DNA of 64,000 bases from Eledone cirrhosa. Its lineage: Eukaryota. The stretch lies in assembly GCA_964016885.1 (NCBI GenBank), contig OZ024745.1, positions 83,762,001-83,826,000 of the forward strand, in the 5' to 3' direction. Position numbers and translations under genes: made by a program. Position 1 is the stretch's first letter, and each line of letters opens with the position of its first letter. The notes below the pieces were generated by a model. That model saw nothing but the letters and a program-made list of their open reading frames with translations, ran no database searches and was not told where the DNA came from. Shown one piece after another: positions 43,118 through 57,200 of the stretch.

Positions 43118-43451
43118 AATGCAACAGAAGCATATAAAATGCAATTATATACACACATACATATACATACAGATATATATAATTATATATACACATACTT
43201 ATACATACACATATATATATATATACATATATACACCTATACGCAAAACACACACACACACACACACAGAAATAAATATCTAAAAATAAAAAAGGTGGGT
43301 ATGTAAAGGGTAAGGTAGAAAGTAGGGGGAATAAGGAAAATAAATGACATAGGAAAAGGTTTAAATATAAGGGGAGATAAGGGAGAACAAGAATATAAGA
43401 GTACAGAAAATGAGTTCAGAAGGTTAAAAAAATATATATATATATATATAT

Positions 43452-43618
<167 letters not shown>

Positions 43619-43671
43619 AAGAATGTAGAGAAGTGACACAGGAGTTGATATATATATAAAGGAGTAAAATA

Positions 43672-44010
43672 AGACAGTAGAAAATGCTAAAGATATTTTC
43701 TCTCAGAATAACATCAAAACATTTATTTCCAATATAGGAATTTCCGCATTATTTGTACCGGTTTCAGCTGGTACGCTTCACACGACGCTTTTTACCCATA
43801 CAACACTATGGGGAAAAACATTTTCCCCCATATTCTTATTGTTCTTATTAATATGCAATTTAATTGCATTATACACTTCCATCGTGTGAAAAAGCGTACA
43901 AGCTGAAACCGGTACAAATAATGCAGAAATTCCTATTTTGTAAATAAATGTTTTGATATTATTCTGAGAGAAATTATCTCTAGCATTTTCTACTGTCTGA
44001 TTCTTTTTTA
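43672..44010. repeat. Palindromic PLE-type insertion with degenerate hammerhead half
   Basis: Arms at 43672-43785 and 43882-43998; agc gtacaa gct-GAAA-ccgg-TA-caaat motif with an eroded CUGA box. Confidence 0.75.
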
Positions 44011-44058
44011 TGATTTTCTATATATATATATATTTAAATTTGTATGTATGTGTGTGTG

Positions 44059-44145
<87 letters not shown>

Positions 44146-45208
44146 ATATGCGTGCGTATGTATATATATATATATACATACATACGCATATATACATATG
44201 TACAGGGAGAGAGAGAGAGAGAGATCAAGAAATGACATTACAAATACAGATGCAAAAACTATATACATAAATATGTGCGTGTGTGTGTGCGCGTGTGTGT
44301 GTGTGTGTGTGTGTGCGTGTGGGTGTGTGGATGGGTGTGGGTGTGTGGGGTGTATGTGTGTGTGTGTGTGTGGGGGGGGGGTGATTATCATCTCTGGCAG
44401 TCAGTATTTGTTACCATATTAGATTCTTTTCTATCGCTATGTTACATTTCTCCTACTTTCACAAATACGCATTAATTTCTTTCTAAAACAATCTAAGACT
44501 TTCGTTTTGTATGTATCGCAGTAGAACTAAAAGAAAAACAAAACTCCTAGATCTATTTGTAAATCCATCTTTTACTTTGCCTCTTGCTGTCTTCTGTTAT
44601 CATTCCTCGCTTTTTCTCTTTCTCACCAATGTTCTCTTTATTTGATTAGTGCAACATTTCTCATTGAGTCTTCCTCCTTTACGCCCTCTATTTCTCCCGC
44701 TATCACTTTTCTACACTTAAGCCGTTAATATGCCCCTTCAAGAATTCTCAATAATAGATATATATGTATACGAGTACAAACATATAAGGACTAGCGCGTG
44801 TGTATGTATGAGTGTGTGTGTGTGTATGTGAGTGTGTTTGTGTGTTTCGCTCTCTATTCCCCCACTATATAATTTCTTTCTCTATCAAAATCCATCATTC
44901 CATTAATTTCTTCCACTGTCTTTCTGTTTTCTTCTCAGTCTCTCATAGTTTTTTTCTTTTACGTTATTTTCTATCTTACATCGTCGTTCACTCTCATTAA
45001 TTTTATATCTTAATTTGCAGAATATATGTGTATGCATGTATTTATATATGTTGCACACACACACACACACATATATATACATATATGTATATATATAAAT
45101 ATAAATATATATATAAATATATCTTATAAACATACATATACATATATATATACACACATATATATATATAATCATATACATACACACACACACATACACA
45201 TGTATATA

Positions 45209-45239
<31 letters not shown>

Positions 45240-45344
45240 TCGGTTGACAAATATATCAATATGCCCAGACATATATTGCCCTTGGTATGACAGTGTGGTT
45301 TTAGCTCAAGATAGGATAACTAGTATACTACAGAGCTGTTATAG

Positions 45345-45379
<35 letters not shown>

Positions 45380-45646
45380 TAATAATAATAATAATAATAA
45401 TAATAATGATTTCTTTATTAACCACAAGGGTTTACATAAAGTAGACATTAAGGACAGTGCAGGACAATACAGGACGGTACAAATGAGCATTTCTGCGTGT
45501 AAAAAAAACAAAAAAAACAGAGGGTGTAACAAAAATTAACAATGAAAAATTCCCCAATAGGGACATTTGTGGAGAAAGCCCAGTAAAAAGCCACAATGAC
45601 CCTGACCACCAAGGCAAGTGCCCTCTCCCAGTTTTCCACCTTTAAT

Positions 45647-48600
45647 TTACAGATATATACTCAGAGTAGGCCCATTCACTCGGGCCATTCTTGCTTCTCT
45701 CACCCATCTTTCAACAAAATGCTGGGAAGAGAGCACTTCCCTCTCTACTCTGATTTTCCTTTTCAAATGAAATTTGAAAAAGTCAATCAGAGCATCACCG
45801 AAGAGGTAAGTGCTCGTCTTCAGCCCTTTCAAACGTGTCCACCATACTATCTCTTACGCCATGGCCACCAGACAGATAAAAACTGCCTGCCCTTCCCGGC
45901 TAAAGGAGGAGGGTGGGGCAATCCTCACGATGGACTCAGATGATAGCCGGATCCGTCCTAAACGCGACAGCAGGTGTTCGACATAAACCCACAAGTCAGC
46001 AATTTTCGGACACTGGACGAGTGCGTGCAGGACGGTTTCGTCGCCCTGTGCGCATCTCGGACATGCCCGGTTGACGGCACCTCCATGCCTGTAGAGATTA
46101 TCCCGAACTGGCAAGGCTCCTCGGTAGCACTGCCAGGCCAGAGATTTCTGGAAGTTGTCCATAGGCCCCGGCCCGAAAGTTCTTCCGAAGAGATTGGCTA
46201 GTTGATTTTCGTCGACGCCTAGAGTTTCCCCAAGTACGTCGTCGCTCTTCCCCTCCACTAATCCTCTATAGAACGCCGAGGTGGAGTTTCCACCGATCAC
46301 ATTGCCCGATTGGTCGAGGGCTGTGAGCGCCTGAAGACATTCCAGTCTCCAGGCGCTCCCTCTCGGTCTTCGCTTGACCCAGGACTGCAGCTCCGTCAAG
46401 GAAACGAGCTGTGGAAATACGTGTCTAGCAAACGGCGACCACACCTGATCACCGTCGAGGAAGAGGTGGAGATGTAGTAGCCTGAGCGTGTGCCTGCGCA
46501 TCATCATCCACGGCATGCCCATCCCTCCACGTAAGTGGTGTTGACAACAGATGGACCGCCTGACCATCGGAGCGCGTCCCTTCCACAAAAAGCGAGAGAG
46601 CAAAGGCTCAAGCGCAGTCAGATGAAGCTTAGGACAAGGTACGACGGTCAGGCGGTAGCAGATGACAGACGCGATGTACGCGTTAGCCACCTCCGCTCGA
46701 CCTTTCAGGGATAGCTTCCTCTCCGCCCATTTCTGGGTGAGAGAAGCCACCCTGCTCGTCACCTCGTCCCAGTTTTTGTCCGTCTGGAGGTCCGGACCGA
46801 ACCAGACCACTAGCAATTTAACCGGTCCGTCGGTCCAGCGTCCGAGGACGCTGTTGGACGACATGGACCTGCCTCTCTAGGTGCCGAGCTGCAGGCCCAC
46901 TGACTTTTCCTGGTTGATCATTGCTCCTGTCACCGCTTCGTATTCTCTTAGTGTAGTGCCGATCGCCTCGATGTGTTTGGCGTTCGACACCACTACGGTG
47001 ACATCGTCCGCATATGCTGACACGGAGCTTCCGCATCCTAGTTCGCGCGGGACGCCCCTCAACGTCTCCAGTTTGTGCAGTAATGGCTCGAGAGTCAATA
47101 CGTACAAGAGGGACGAGAGGGGACATCCTTGGCGGACCGAGCACATGATGTTGAACGGTTCCGACAGGTGACCGTTCACTCTCACCACAGACCAGATGTC
47201 GCTGTGCATGGCTGCGATCCAGCCTCTGAAGACGGGCCCAAAGCCAGCCGCCCTCAGGACTGCCGCTAGGTAACGATGGTCGACCCTATCGAAAGCTTTC
47301 GACTGATCTAAATTGATCAAGGACACACCCGTGCCAGGTTCCCTAGCTACCCTCTCTACGATGTATCGCATGAGGTGGAGGTTGTCGTGGATGGATATGT
47401 CGGGAATGGCGCATGTCTGCGCCTCACCCACCAGACCACCAACGACAAGCGCCAACCTCTTTGCTAGCACCTTGGCCAAAATCTTGAACTCTGTGTTTAG
47501 CAGAGTTATGGGCCGGAAATTATCTATGTTATCCCCCTTGTTCGGATCCTTTCTCAGCAGTGCCACCGCTCCTCGGCTCACAGAACTGGGAATTCTCCCG
47601 TTCTGTTGCCAGTTGCAGTAGACGTCCGCCAAGAGGCCTCCGAACAAGTCTGGCATCTGTACATAAAGTTCATAGGGCAGACCATCCAAACCAGGCAATT
47701 TACCCCTTGTGCAGCCAGTCATTGCCTCCCTTACTTCAGCGGCTGTTATCGGCTTTTCGCAACACTTCGCCTCAGTGGCCGAGAGCCGCGGCAGTCCGTC
47801 GAGGTAGACACTAAAGTCCATCCCTCGACCCGGCCCACCGCTGCCCCCGAACAGCTGAGCGAAGTGTCGCTGAAAAGCTTCACACATTTGCCCGGGATCG
47901 AGTAGCATGCGCCCGTCGTGGTCCACCAAAGACCGGATCGTGGATTTGTTGCCACGACGCGCCTCCGCCACTCAGGCCCATTGAAAGGCTTTCGTCCCCT
48001 CGTGTCTGAGAGCACGCGCCCTTGCTCTGACAACGCAGCCTTCGTGCTTTGCATTGAAGAATTGGTCAAGGGCCAATTTCGCTGCAAGCACGTCGGTCGC
48101 AATGCCTTTGCTAAGCGCCTCGTCTAATTTTCTAACTAGTTCTCCCTCTGCTCTATTTTTCTCTATTGCTAAAGCCTTACTAAACCTAATGGATTCTATT
48201 CTAATCGCTCTTTTCAGAGCAAACCACCACTTGTTTTTGACGATGGCCCCCGTCAACGCCCGCTTAACTAGTTCGCTAATCCGGTCTCTGTAGGCCTTGC
48301 GCGCTGGTAAGGACGCGTTTAGCTTCCAGTAGCCGGGTCCTCGTCTATGAAGCCTATCTAAGTCAAGCACACAGATCACGAATTTGTGGTCCGTGTAGCT
48401 GACTATCTTGAATTGTGGACAGCCTATGCTAGACCTATCTATTTCCCTACAAAATACTCTATCTAGATATGATCTGGATGACCCTATGCGATTTGTCCAA
48501 GTCCACATTGGCACATTCGGGAAATCCAATCGGTACCTGTCAGACAGTTCAAAACGCCTGAGCAGGCTGGTGAGGCTCTTGCACCCTCCTCCCCTATCCG

Positions 48601-49066
48601 CTAATCCCACACAGTCCCATCGTGCAACTAAGATCCCATTCCAGTCGCCCACTAACACTAAAGAGCGGGACGTTCCAAGAAAGGTCTCCAAACGCCGGAA
48701 GAAATCAGGCCGCCCTGCTCTTGTCGGGGCATAGACGGCCACTAGCCTGAAAGCTTGCCCGTCTCCGCTGGTCACGTCCAGCACCACCAGCTTACCCTCT
48801 GGGTCCAGGAAGATGGCCCGTATGGCGAGATCCAAAGCTCTCCGAAAAAGCACAGCAACTCCTACCCCCGATCCAGGACGGCTGGGAGATGCGTACACAT
48901 CGTAGCCGCCAAAGATCGGTGCGAAGGCCCGTGCTTCGGAGATTCTGGTCTCGCTGATGGCCACTACATCTATGTTTAGTGACCTGAGGTCGTTGACCAG
49001 GTGACCCTGCTTCCATGACGACCCCAAGCCACGCGCATTTATGCTGCCTATTCTGAGTGAGGTCAT
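45647..49066 (-). pseudogene. LINE ORF2 (APE, RT, zf-RVT), single frame with three nonsense changes
   Basis: GSINARG, SET, VYAP, GDWN, SYLDR, TDH, GYWKLN, DQSKAFDRV, RQGCPLS, YADD, CPRC..ETVLHALVQC. Track ORFs 47972-49066, 46877-47971, 45854-46864 and 45647-45832 share a frame. Confidence 0.92.
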
Positions 49067-49101
49067 GTTTAAAATAGAGTGGAAAAGATGGGAAAGACCA
49101 C

Positions 49102-51172
49102 TTACCGTACTTTTGGTAGAGGAGGGATGGTTTTCACATCCCTTTTCACTTGATCGTACGGTGAAGGGACCGTTGAATCATCCCTTCGGCTGGTCGTCGG
49201 CTCTTCTAAGAGAATGTCTGAATATACTCTTCGATTGATAGTTCCTCCTAGGTCCCTGAAATCACCAACTGCGTTGGGGAATTTCGTTTTAATGTTTGTG
49301 TATTGTTTCTGTGCTATTTTTAGCAGTCTTATGTTAGTTGGCGTTTTGATTGGTGCTGGTATTATGTAGTCGTGTTGGGAAATGTCGGTGTGTTCAATTA
49401 TGTAAGTCATTAGTTTCTTGTCGTGTGTATTTATTGCCGTGCATTTGTTTTTCTGGGGGTGGGGTGTGGTTCTGCTATTTTCTTGTCGTTGTTGCTGGGT
49501 GTGTGTGTTTTGTTGTTGTGTTTGCGATGTTGGTGCTTGTGGTGGTGGTGTTGAAGGTGTTGTTGGCGGTGGGGTTGTCGCCGGTGGTGATGGTGGTGTG
49601 GGTCTCTTTGCAGTAGACTTTACCCTTTTCTCATTTCTTTCCTCCCTTTTCAAAGGCGACGATGCGCTGCTTCTGCGTTTGTGCCTTCTTACGACCTTTT
49701 GCCATCCCTCTCCCACCTCACACTCCATGTCTGATTCTGTGAGGTCGGGGAGGGGTACCAGCTCCACTCTTTCACTTGTTGTTGTTGGTGATGTTTGCAC
49801 TGGAGTCTCTGTTGCAGCTGCATTTGGTATTGCGGTTGTTGTTGTTAATATTTCCACTGCTGCTGCTGTTTTTGACTTCCGTGGCGTGGGTATGGGTGCC
49901 ACGGACCTATCGTTCCTGGTTGCCGTTTGTCCTGTTGCTGGTAGCCGTGGAGCCGGTTTCGGAAGGAGGGGGGTTTTCTCCTTTCTCAGGGTCTTCTCGT
50001 TGCAGAAGGCCCTGAGGTGAGTCTTCGATCCACAGCGAAAGCATTTCGGGCGTTTTCCTTCAACACTTATGGGCAGTTGAGTGCCGTTATCGAAGTCTAT
50101 CACATCCGGGATAGCTTCGATGCACTCCTGGTTGGTTTGGATTAGCATCTCAATGGAGGTGCCGACCCAATCTTCTCTTACTTTTTTCTGTACTTGCAGT
50201 ACAGCTGTTTTGTCCTCGATTCCGACGAGGACAGACGCGGCCAGCCAAGAAGGGGCCATTCCGGGGGGGGGGGGGGACGTGGGTCAGTTTGACCCTCACA
50301 ATTTTTTGCCCGCAGTAGGAGGGCACCAACACCATTTCCTCGCTCCTTAGGTTCACTACGGATTGGGCCTTTGCCTCCTGGGGTGTGGCAAAAAGTACGT
50401 CTACGGTGGCATATTTTTTGCCTCGGGTGATGTGCGTTTTCCGCTGCCACACAGACCCCAAGGCTTTTTGTATTTGAGCCTCTGTGGCTCTTTCTACCCT
50501 ACGGGATTTTGTACTTACTGTACGGTACGTGACCGTACAGTGCTGTTGGGTTTCGAAACATTTTTCCGCTGCCTTGCAGAATGCTCGGTGTCCATTCTTT
50601 GTCACCATCTTCTTCACTTCCTCTAATTCCTCATTTGTTATGAGGATTGTTTCCAAGTTTCTCGCAATACCTGCAAATGAGATTGGTTTTTCTTTGCTGC
50701 TGTTGTTGTTGTTGTCGTCTGAGCTGCTGTTACTTTTGTTGTTGCTGCAGGTACTACGACTACTGCCTCCGCCGCTGTTGCTGTGGTTGTTGTTGGTGTT
50801 GCTGCTGCTAATGCTGTTGTTGTTTATGCTGCTGGTGATGCTGTTGCGGCTGCTACTGTTGTTTTCATTGTCACTGTTGATGTTGTTATTACGGCTGCTA
50901 CTGCTATTATTCCTGACGTCAGACGAATGAACTGGGTTTTCGTATTTCCCGCACACCTGTTTCGTCGCTGTCGTCGTCGTCGTGGAGAAACCTTGCACGC
51001 TTTGCACGAGACTTTTCTTTTCTTTCGTCACTTGCGAAAGAGAAGGGAGGGAGAGAGACACATTTAAAGAAGGGAGGGAGAGAGACAATCTTCTCTCTGC
51101 TGTAGTGACGATTGAGGAAGAAGAAGACGGAATGAGTGTGAGTGACCTATGCAAATTCTTTTTCGTAGCCAT
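49102..51172 (-). pseudogene. LINE ORF1 (RRM-like plus CCHC knuckle), frameshifted at a homopolymer near 50270
   Basis: KYATVDVLFATPQEA; CFRCGSKTHLRAFC (CX2CX4HX4C); N/S-rich and P/T-rich tracts. Confidence 0.85.
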
Positions 51173-51655
51173 GTTGTTTTTTTTTGTTTAAAATAAATAT
51201 TGGGTACAAAACACCAATAAGCAGTTATTTAACCCCGAAGGGCCAAATAACGTGCAGAAAGACCCCTCTCACGAGGAGGAGGGTGTTTCTGTCTACAAGT
51301 TGGTCTAAGTTTTAAACAATTTACAATTGTTATAGCGTTCAAAATTTACAGTACCTTACAGAGCCGAGCCTCCATCAACCATAGCATTCAATAATAATAA
51401 TAATAATAATAATGCTTTCTTTATTAACCACAAGGGTTTACATAAAGTAGACATTAAGGACAGTACAGGACAATACAGGACGGTACAAATGAGCATTTCT
51501 GCGTGTAAAAAAACAGGATGTAATAAAAAATAACAATGAAAAATTCCCCAATAGGGGGGAGACTTCCGAGGGATATTTGTGGAGAAACCCATTAAAAGGC
51601 CACAGTGACCCTGACCACCAGGGCAGGTGCCCTCTCCCAGTTTTCCACCTCCAAT

Positions 51656-54600
51656 TTACAGACACATACTCAGAGTAGGACCATTCACTCGGGCCATACT
51701 TGCTTCTCTCACCCATCTTTCAACAAAATGCTGGGAAGAGAGCACTTCCCTCTCTATCCTGATTTTCCTTTTCAAATGAAATTTGAAAAAGTTAATCAGG
51801 GCATCACCGAAGAGGTAAGTGCTCGTCTTCACCCCTTTCAAACGTGTCCACCATACTATCTCTTTCGCCATGGCCACCAGACAGATAAAAACTGCCTGCC
51901 CTTCCCGGCTAAAGGAAGAGGGCGGGGCAATCCTCACGATGGACTCAGCTGATAGCTGGATCCTTCCTACACGTGACAGCAGGTGTTCGACATAAACCCA
52001 CAAGTCAGCAATGCTCGGACACTGGACGAGTGCGTGCAGGACGGTTTCGTCATCCTGCGCGCATCTCGCACATGCCCGGCTGACGGTACCTCCATGCCTG
52101 TAGAGTTTATCCCGAACTGGTAAACTCCTCGTAGCACTGCCAGGCCATGGATTTCTGGAATTTGTCAATAGGCCCCGGCCCGAAAGCCCTTCCGAAGAGA
52201 TTGGCTAGTTGATTTTCGTCGACGACTTGAGTTTCCCCAAGTACGTCGTCGCTCTTCTCCTCCACTAATCCTCTATAGAACGCCAAGGTGGAGTTTCCAC
52301 CGATGACATTGCCCGATTGGTCGAGGACTGTGAGCGCCTGAAGACATTCCAGTCTCCAAGCACTCCCTCTCGGTCTTCGCTTGACCCAGGAATGCAGCTC
52401 CGTCAAGCAGACGAGCTGGGGAAAGACGTGTCTAGCAAACGGCGACCACACCTGATCACCGTCGAGGAAGAGGTGTAGATGTCGTAGCCTGAGCGCGTGT
52501 CTGCGCATCATAATCCACGGCATGCCCAGCCCTCCACGTAGCGGGTGTTGACAGCAGATGGACTGCCTGACCATCGGGCGCGTCCCTTCCACAAAAAGCG
52601 AAAGAGCAAACGCTCCAGCGCAGTCAGGCGGAGCTTAGGACAAGGTACGACGGTCAGGCGGTAGTAGATGACGGACGCGATGTACGCGTTGGCCACCTCC
52701 GCTCGACCTTACAGGGATAGCTTCCTCTCCGCCCATTTCTGGGTGAGAGAAGCCACCCTGCTCGTCACCTCGTCCCAGTTTTTGTCCGTCTGGAGGTCCG
52801 GACCTACCCAGACACCTAGCAATTTAACCGGTCAGTCCGTCCAGCGCCCGATGACGCTGTTGGACGGCATGGACTTGCCTCTCCAGGTGCCGAGCTGCAG
52901 GCCCACTGACTTTTCCTGGTTGATCATTGCTCCTGTCACCGCTTCGTATTCTCTTAGTGTAGTGCCGATCGCCTCGATGTGTTTGGCGTTCGACACCACT
53001 ACGGTGACATCGTCCGCATATGCTTACACGGATCTTCCGCATCCTAGTTCGCGCGGGACCCCCCTCAACGTCTCCAGTTTGTGCAGTAATGGCTCGAGAC
53101 TCAATACGTACAAGAGGGACTAGAGGGGACATCCTTGGCGGACCAAGCACATGATGTTGAACGGTTCCGAAAGGTGACTGTTCACTCTCACCACAGAGCA
53201 GATGTCGCTGTGCATGGCAGATATCCAGCCTCTGAAGACGGGCCCAAAGCCAGCCACCCTCAAGACTGCCGCTAGGTAACGATGGTCGACCCTATCGAAA
53301 GCTTTCGACTGATCTAAATTGATCAAGGACCCACCCGTGCCAGGTTCCCTAGCTACCCTCTCTACGATGTATTGCATGAGGTGGAGGTTGTCGTGGATGG
53401 ATCTGTCGGCAATGGCACACGTCTGCGCCTCTCCCACCGGACAACCAACGACAAGCGCCAACTTCTTTGCTAGCACCTTCGCCCAAATCTTAAACTCTGT
53501 GTTTAGCAGAGTTATGGGCCTGAAATTATCTATATTATCCCCCTTGTTCGGATCCTTTCTCAGCAGCCCCACAGCTCCTCGGCTCACAGAGCTGGGAATT
53601 CTCCCGTTCTGTTGCCAGTTGCAGTAGACGTCCGCCAAGAGGCCTCCGAACAAGTCTGGCATCTGTACGTAAAGTTCATAGGACAGACCATCCAAACCAA
53701 GCGATTTACCCCTTGTGCCGCCAGTCATTGCCTCCCGTACTTTAGCGGCTGTTATCGGCTTTTCGCAACACTCAGCCTCAGTGGCCGAGAGCTGCGGCAG
53801 TCCGTCGAGGTAGACACTAAATCCATCCCTCGATCTGGCCCGCCGCTGCCCCCGATCAGCTGTGCGAAGTGTCGCTGAAAAGCTTCACACATTTTCCCGG
53901 GATGGAGTAGCATGCGCCCGTCGTGGTCCACCAAAGACCGGATCGTGGCTTTGTTTCCACGACGCGCCTCCGCCACTCGGGCCCATTGAAGGGCTTTCGT
54001 CCCCTCGTGTCTGAGAGCGCGCACCCTAGCCCTGACAACACAACCTTCGTGCTTTGCATTGAAGAATTGGTCAAGGGCCAATTTCGCCGCAAGTGCATCG
54101 GTCGCAATGCCTTTGCTAAGCGCCTCCTCTAATTTTCTAACTAGTTCTCCCTCTGCTCTATTTTTCTCTATTTCTAAAGCCTTACTAAACCTAATGGACT
54201 CTATTCTAATCGCTCTTTTCAGAGCAAACCACCACTTGTTGTTGATGATGACCCCCGTCAACTCCGGCTTAACTAGTTCGCTAATCCGGTCTCTGTAGGC
54301 CTTGCGCGCTGGTAAGGACGCGTTTAGCTTCCAGTAGCCGGGTCCTCGTCTATGAAGCCTATCTAAGTCAAGCACACAGATCACGAATTTGTGGTCCGTG
54401 TAGCTGACTATCTTGAATTGTGGACAGCCTATGCTAGCCCTATCTATTTCCCTACAAAATACTTTATCTATATGATCTGGATGACCCTATGAGATTTGTC
54501 CAAGTCCACATTGGCACATTCGGGAAATCCAATCGGTACCTGTCAGACAGTTCAAAACGCCTGAGCAGGTTGGTGACGCTCTTGGACCCTCCTCCCCTAT

Positions 54601-55069
54601 CCGCTAATCCCACACAGTCCCAGCGTGCATCTAAGATCCCGTTCCAGTCGCCCACTAACACTAAAGAGCAGGACGTTCCAAGAAAGGTCTCCAGACGCCG
54701 GAAGAAATCAGGCCACCATGCTCCTGTTGGGGCATAGACGGCCACTAGCCTGAAAGCTTGCCCGTCTCCGCTGGTCACGTCCAGCACCACCAACTTACCT
54801 TCTGTGTCCAGGAAGATGGCCCGTATGGCGAGATCCAAACCTCTCCGAAAAAGCACAGCAACTCCTCCCCCCGATCCAGGACGACTGGGAGATGCGTACA
54901 CATCGTAGCCGCCGAAGATCGGTGCGAAGGCAGTGCTTCGGAGATTCTGGTCTCGCTGATGGCCAACATCATCTATGTTTAGTGACCTTAGGTCGTTGAG
55001 CAGGTGGCCCTGCTTCCATGACGACCCCAAGCCACGCGCATTTATGCTGCCTATTCTGAGTGAGGTCAT
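51656..55069 (-). pseudogene. LINE ORF2 of copy 2, multiple frameshifts and stops
   Basis: Same motifs as copy 1, split over track ORFs 54464-55069, 53752-54384, 53120-53728, 52107-52592 and 51656-52168. Confidence 0.9.
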
Positions 55070-55099
55070 GTTGAAATGGAGTGGAAAAGATGGGAAAGA

Positions 55100-56807
55100 C
55101 CACCTTCCTTACTTCTTGTAGAGGAAAGATGGTTTGTCCATCCTCTTCACTGCTTGTGGCCTCCTCCGGAAGGATGTCCTTATAAATCCTCCTGGAGAGT
55201 GCTTGTCGGAAGTCTCCGATGTCTTTGGGGAAGTTTTGTTTTAGTGTCGTGTACGTTTTCTGTGTGATACGAGTGATTTGTATGTGTGGAGGTGGTGTGA
55301 ACTTTTGGGTTGTTGTTTAGTCTGTTTCTCTGATGCTGGTGTTGTGTTGGATGTAGTGTAATAATTGGTTGTTGTTCAAATTTAATACTGTGTAGTGTGT
55401 ATCGTTTTGGTTGTTTTGTTTTGTTTGCGTTTGTTGTGGGTTTGTTTCTGTTTCGCTTTTTGGTGACTTTTGTGGTGTTGGTGATGGTGGTATTGGGGTT
55501 AATGATGGTGATAATGTTGGTGTTTGTGGTGATGTGGTTGGTGATGCTGGTGTGGATAGTGGAATAGCTGTCCTAACTTTTTTGTTTGATAGTTTATTTG
55601 TTTCACTCTGTATTTTGTTTTTGGAGGGGGAAGGAAGTGGATTTTTTTCTATTTTGGTTTCTTTTTCTTTTTTCTTTTCTTCTGATACCGTTTCCCACTC
55701 CTCGTCGTCACAATCTGTCTCCAGTTGCGATAGGTCGGGGAGTGGAAAATCCTCCACAGGCGTTGATTTTGGTTGTGGCGTGGTGGATGGTGTAGGCGAT
55801 GGTGCTAGTTCTGGCGCGTTGGGTGGTGGTGGTGTTGGTTTTGCTACTGTTGCTCGGGTCGTTGCTGTTACAGTTGCTTCTGTTGTTGCTGCTACAGTTG
55901 TTGCTGCCATTTCTGCTGCTGGTGGTGTTGATGGTTGAGTCACTGGGGTGGGTAAGAGAGATGCCCTCAACCTTTTAGCCTGAGGGCAGAAAGCCCTTAG
56001 GTGGGTTCCTTCAACACAAACGACACACCTAGGCCTTCTGCCCTCAACGATTACGGTGAGATGCCTGCCGTCAGTGAGGTCTATTACCTCTGGGATCTCC
56101 TCAATTCTTTTTTTGTCCGCTTGGATCAGGAGCTCCATCCCAGATCCGGACCAGTTCTCCTACTTTTCTTTCGCTATTTCGATTATCTTGGTGTTGGCTT
56201 CGATGCCGGCGAGGACGGCAGTTATTAGCCAGGGAATTTCGATGGCCGCTGGAACGTGGGTCACCCTGATCTTCACGAGTCTCTGGCCACAATAGCTTGG
56301 GACGAGTGTGAAGTCGTCACTTCTTAATGGGGCCATGGAGTGTTCTCTGGCCTCCTGTGGTGTTTCAAAGAACACGTCCACGGTTCCATATTTCTGGAAT
56401 GCTTCGCACTGTTTTGTTACTTTGGCAAAACTCAGGGTGGTTTTCTTAATTTCATTGTTGCTGTTGTTGTTATCGTTATTTTTGTTATTGTTAATTTTAG
56501 TTTCAGTTGTGGTGGTGGTGGCGTCAGTTGTGTCCGGTGTGGAAGAGTTCATTTTGGTTGAATTCATTTCGATATCACGAGATAATTTATCTTTTTTCTT
56601 TTGTTTCTGCTGTCGCTGTGGTGTGGTGGGGGTGGCGGCTTTAACACCTGCAGTCATTGGTAATGGCGGGAAATGAATATCTGCCTGAGACAAATTTAAA
56701 ATATTGCTACTGCTTATATTTTTAGTGTTGGCAAACGTAGTAATATTTACAATGGTGGTGTTAGTTTGTGAGGAAGGTGTGACTCTGGGTCGTCCATAAT
56801 TTTTCAA
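55100..56807 (-). pseudogene. LINE ORF1 of copy 2
   Basis: KYGTVDVFFETPQEA, LVPSYCGQ, CVVCVEGTHLRAFC; in-frame stop at 56160; internal deletion relative to copy 1. Confidence 0.85.
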
Positions 56808-57011
56808 AGAAAAATCTTTGTTTGATAATTATAAAAGTTTAAATTTTGGGCTCAAGGCCCCAATCTTTTTGAGTGTCCTTTTCAGAAAACAATGTATGTG
56901 CACTTATATACAGTTAACAATAAATATTTTCCATAAATGGCAATTTTAAACAACTGAAAATAACAAACCTTTACGGAGCTCACGATAATACGATTTACTA
57001 CGTAGGTCGCC

Positions 57012-57200
57012 AATAATAATAATAATAATAATAATAATGATTTCATTTATTACCCACAAGGGCCGACATGTAGGAGACAATACAAAGACAGGGACAGTGG
57101 AGGTTTACAATAACGTCGAGTAAAAGTGCACAATGACAAGACTAATTTAACAATGTAGATATAAAAAATATAAAATAAACTATGCATAATAATAATAAAT
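57012..57200 (-). mobile_element. 3' stub of a third related LINE
   Basis: Minus-strand end GGCCCTTGTGGGTAATAAATGAAATC(ATT)n resembles the copy 1 end ACCCTTGTGGTTAATAAAGAAATC(ATT)n. Confidence 0.7.

Larger units (their letters stand above)
45381..51389 (-). mobile_element. Apparently full-length Tx1/L1-like LINE, copy 1
   Basis: ORF1 plus APE-RT-zinc-finger ORF2; AATAAA then (ATT)n at the 3' end; (ATT)n at the 5' junction. Confidence 0.92.
51390..57011 (-). mobile_element. Apparently full-length Tx1/L1-like LINE, copy 2
   Basis: ORF2 and 3'UTR nearly identical to copy 1, ORF1 and 5'UTR different; flanked by (ATT)n. Confidence 0.92.

Noticed and set aside
45647-49066. Programmed read-through or selenocysteine in LINE ORF2
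   Set aside because: Stops are mixed (TGA, TAG, TAA) and copy 2 has sense codons at those sites, so they are ordinary nonsense mutations.
50260-50280. Programmed frameshift in ORF1
   Set aside because: Falls in a long G homopolymer and copy 2 is continuous here; slippage or sequencing error is more likely.
49350-56676. Hydrophobic V/L-rich plus-strand ORFs
   Set aside because: Antisense shadows of low-complexity ORF1 regions.
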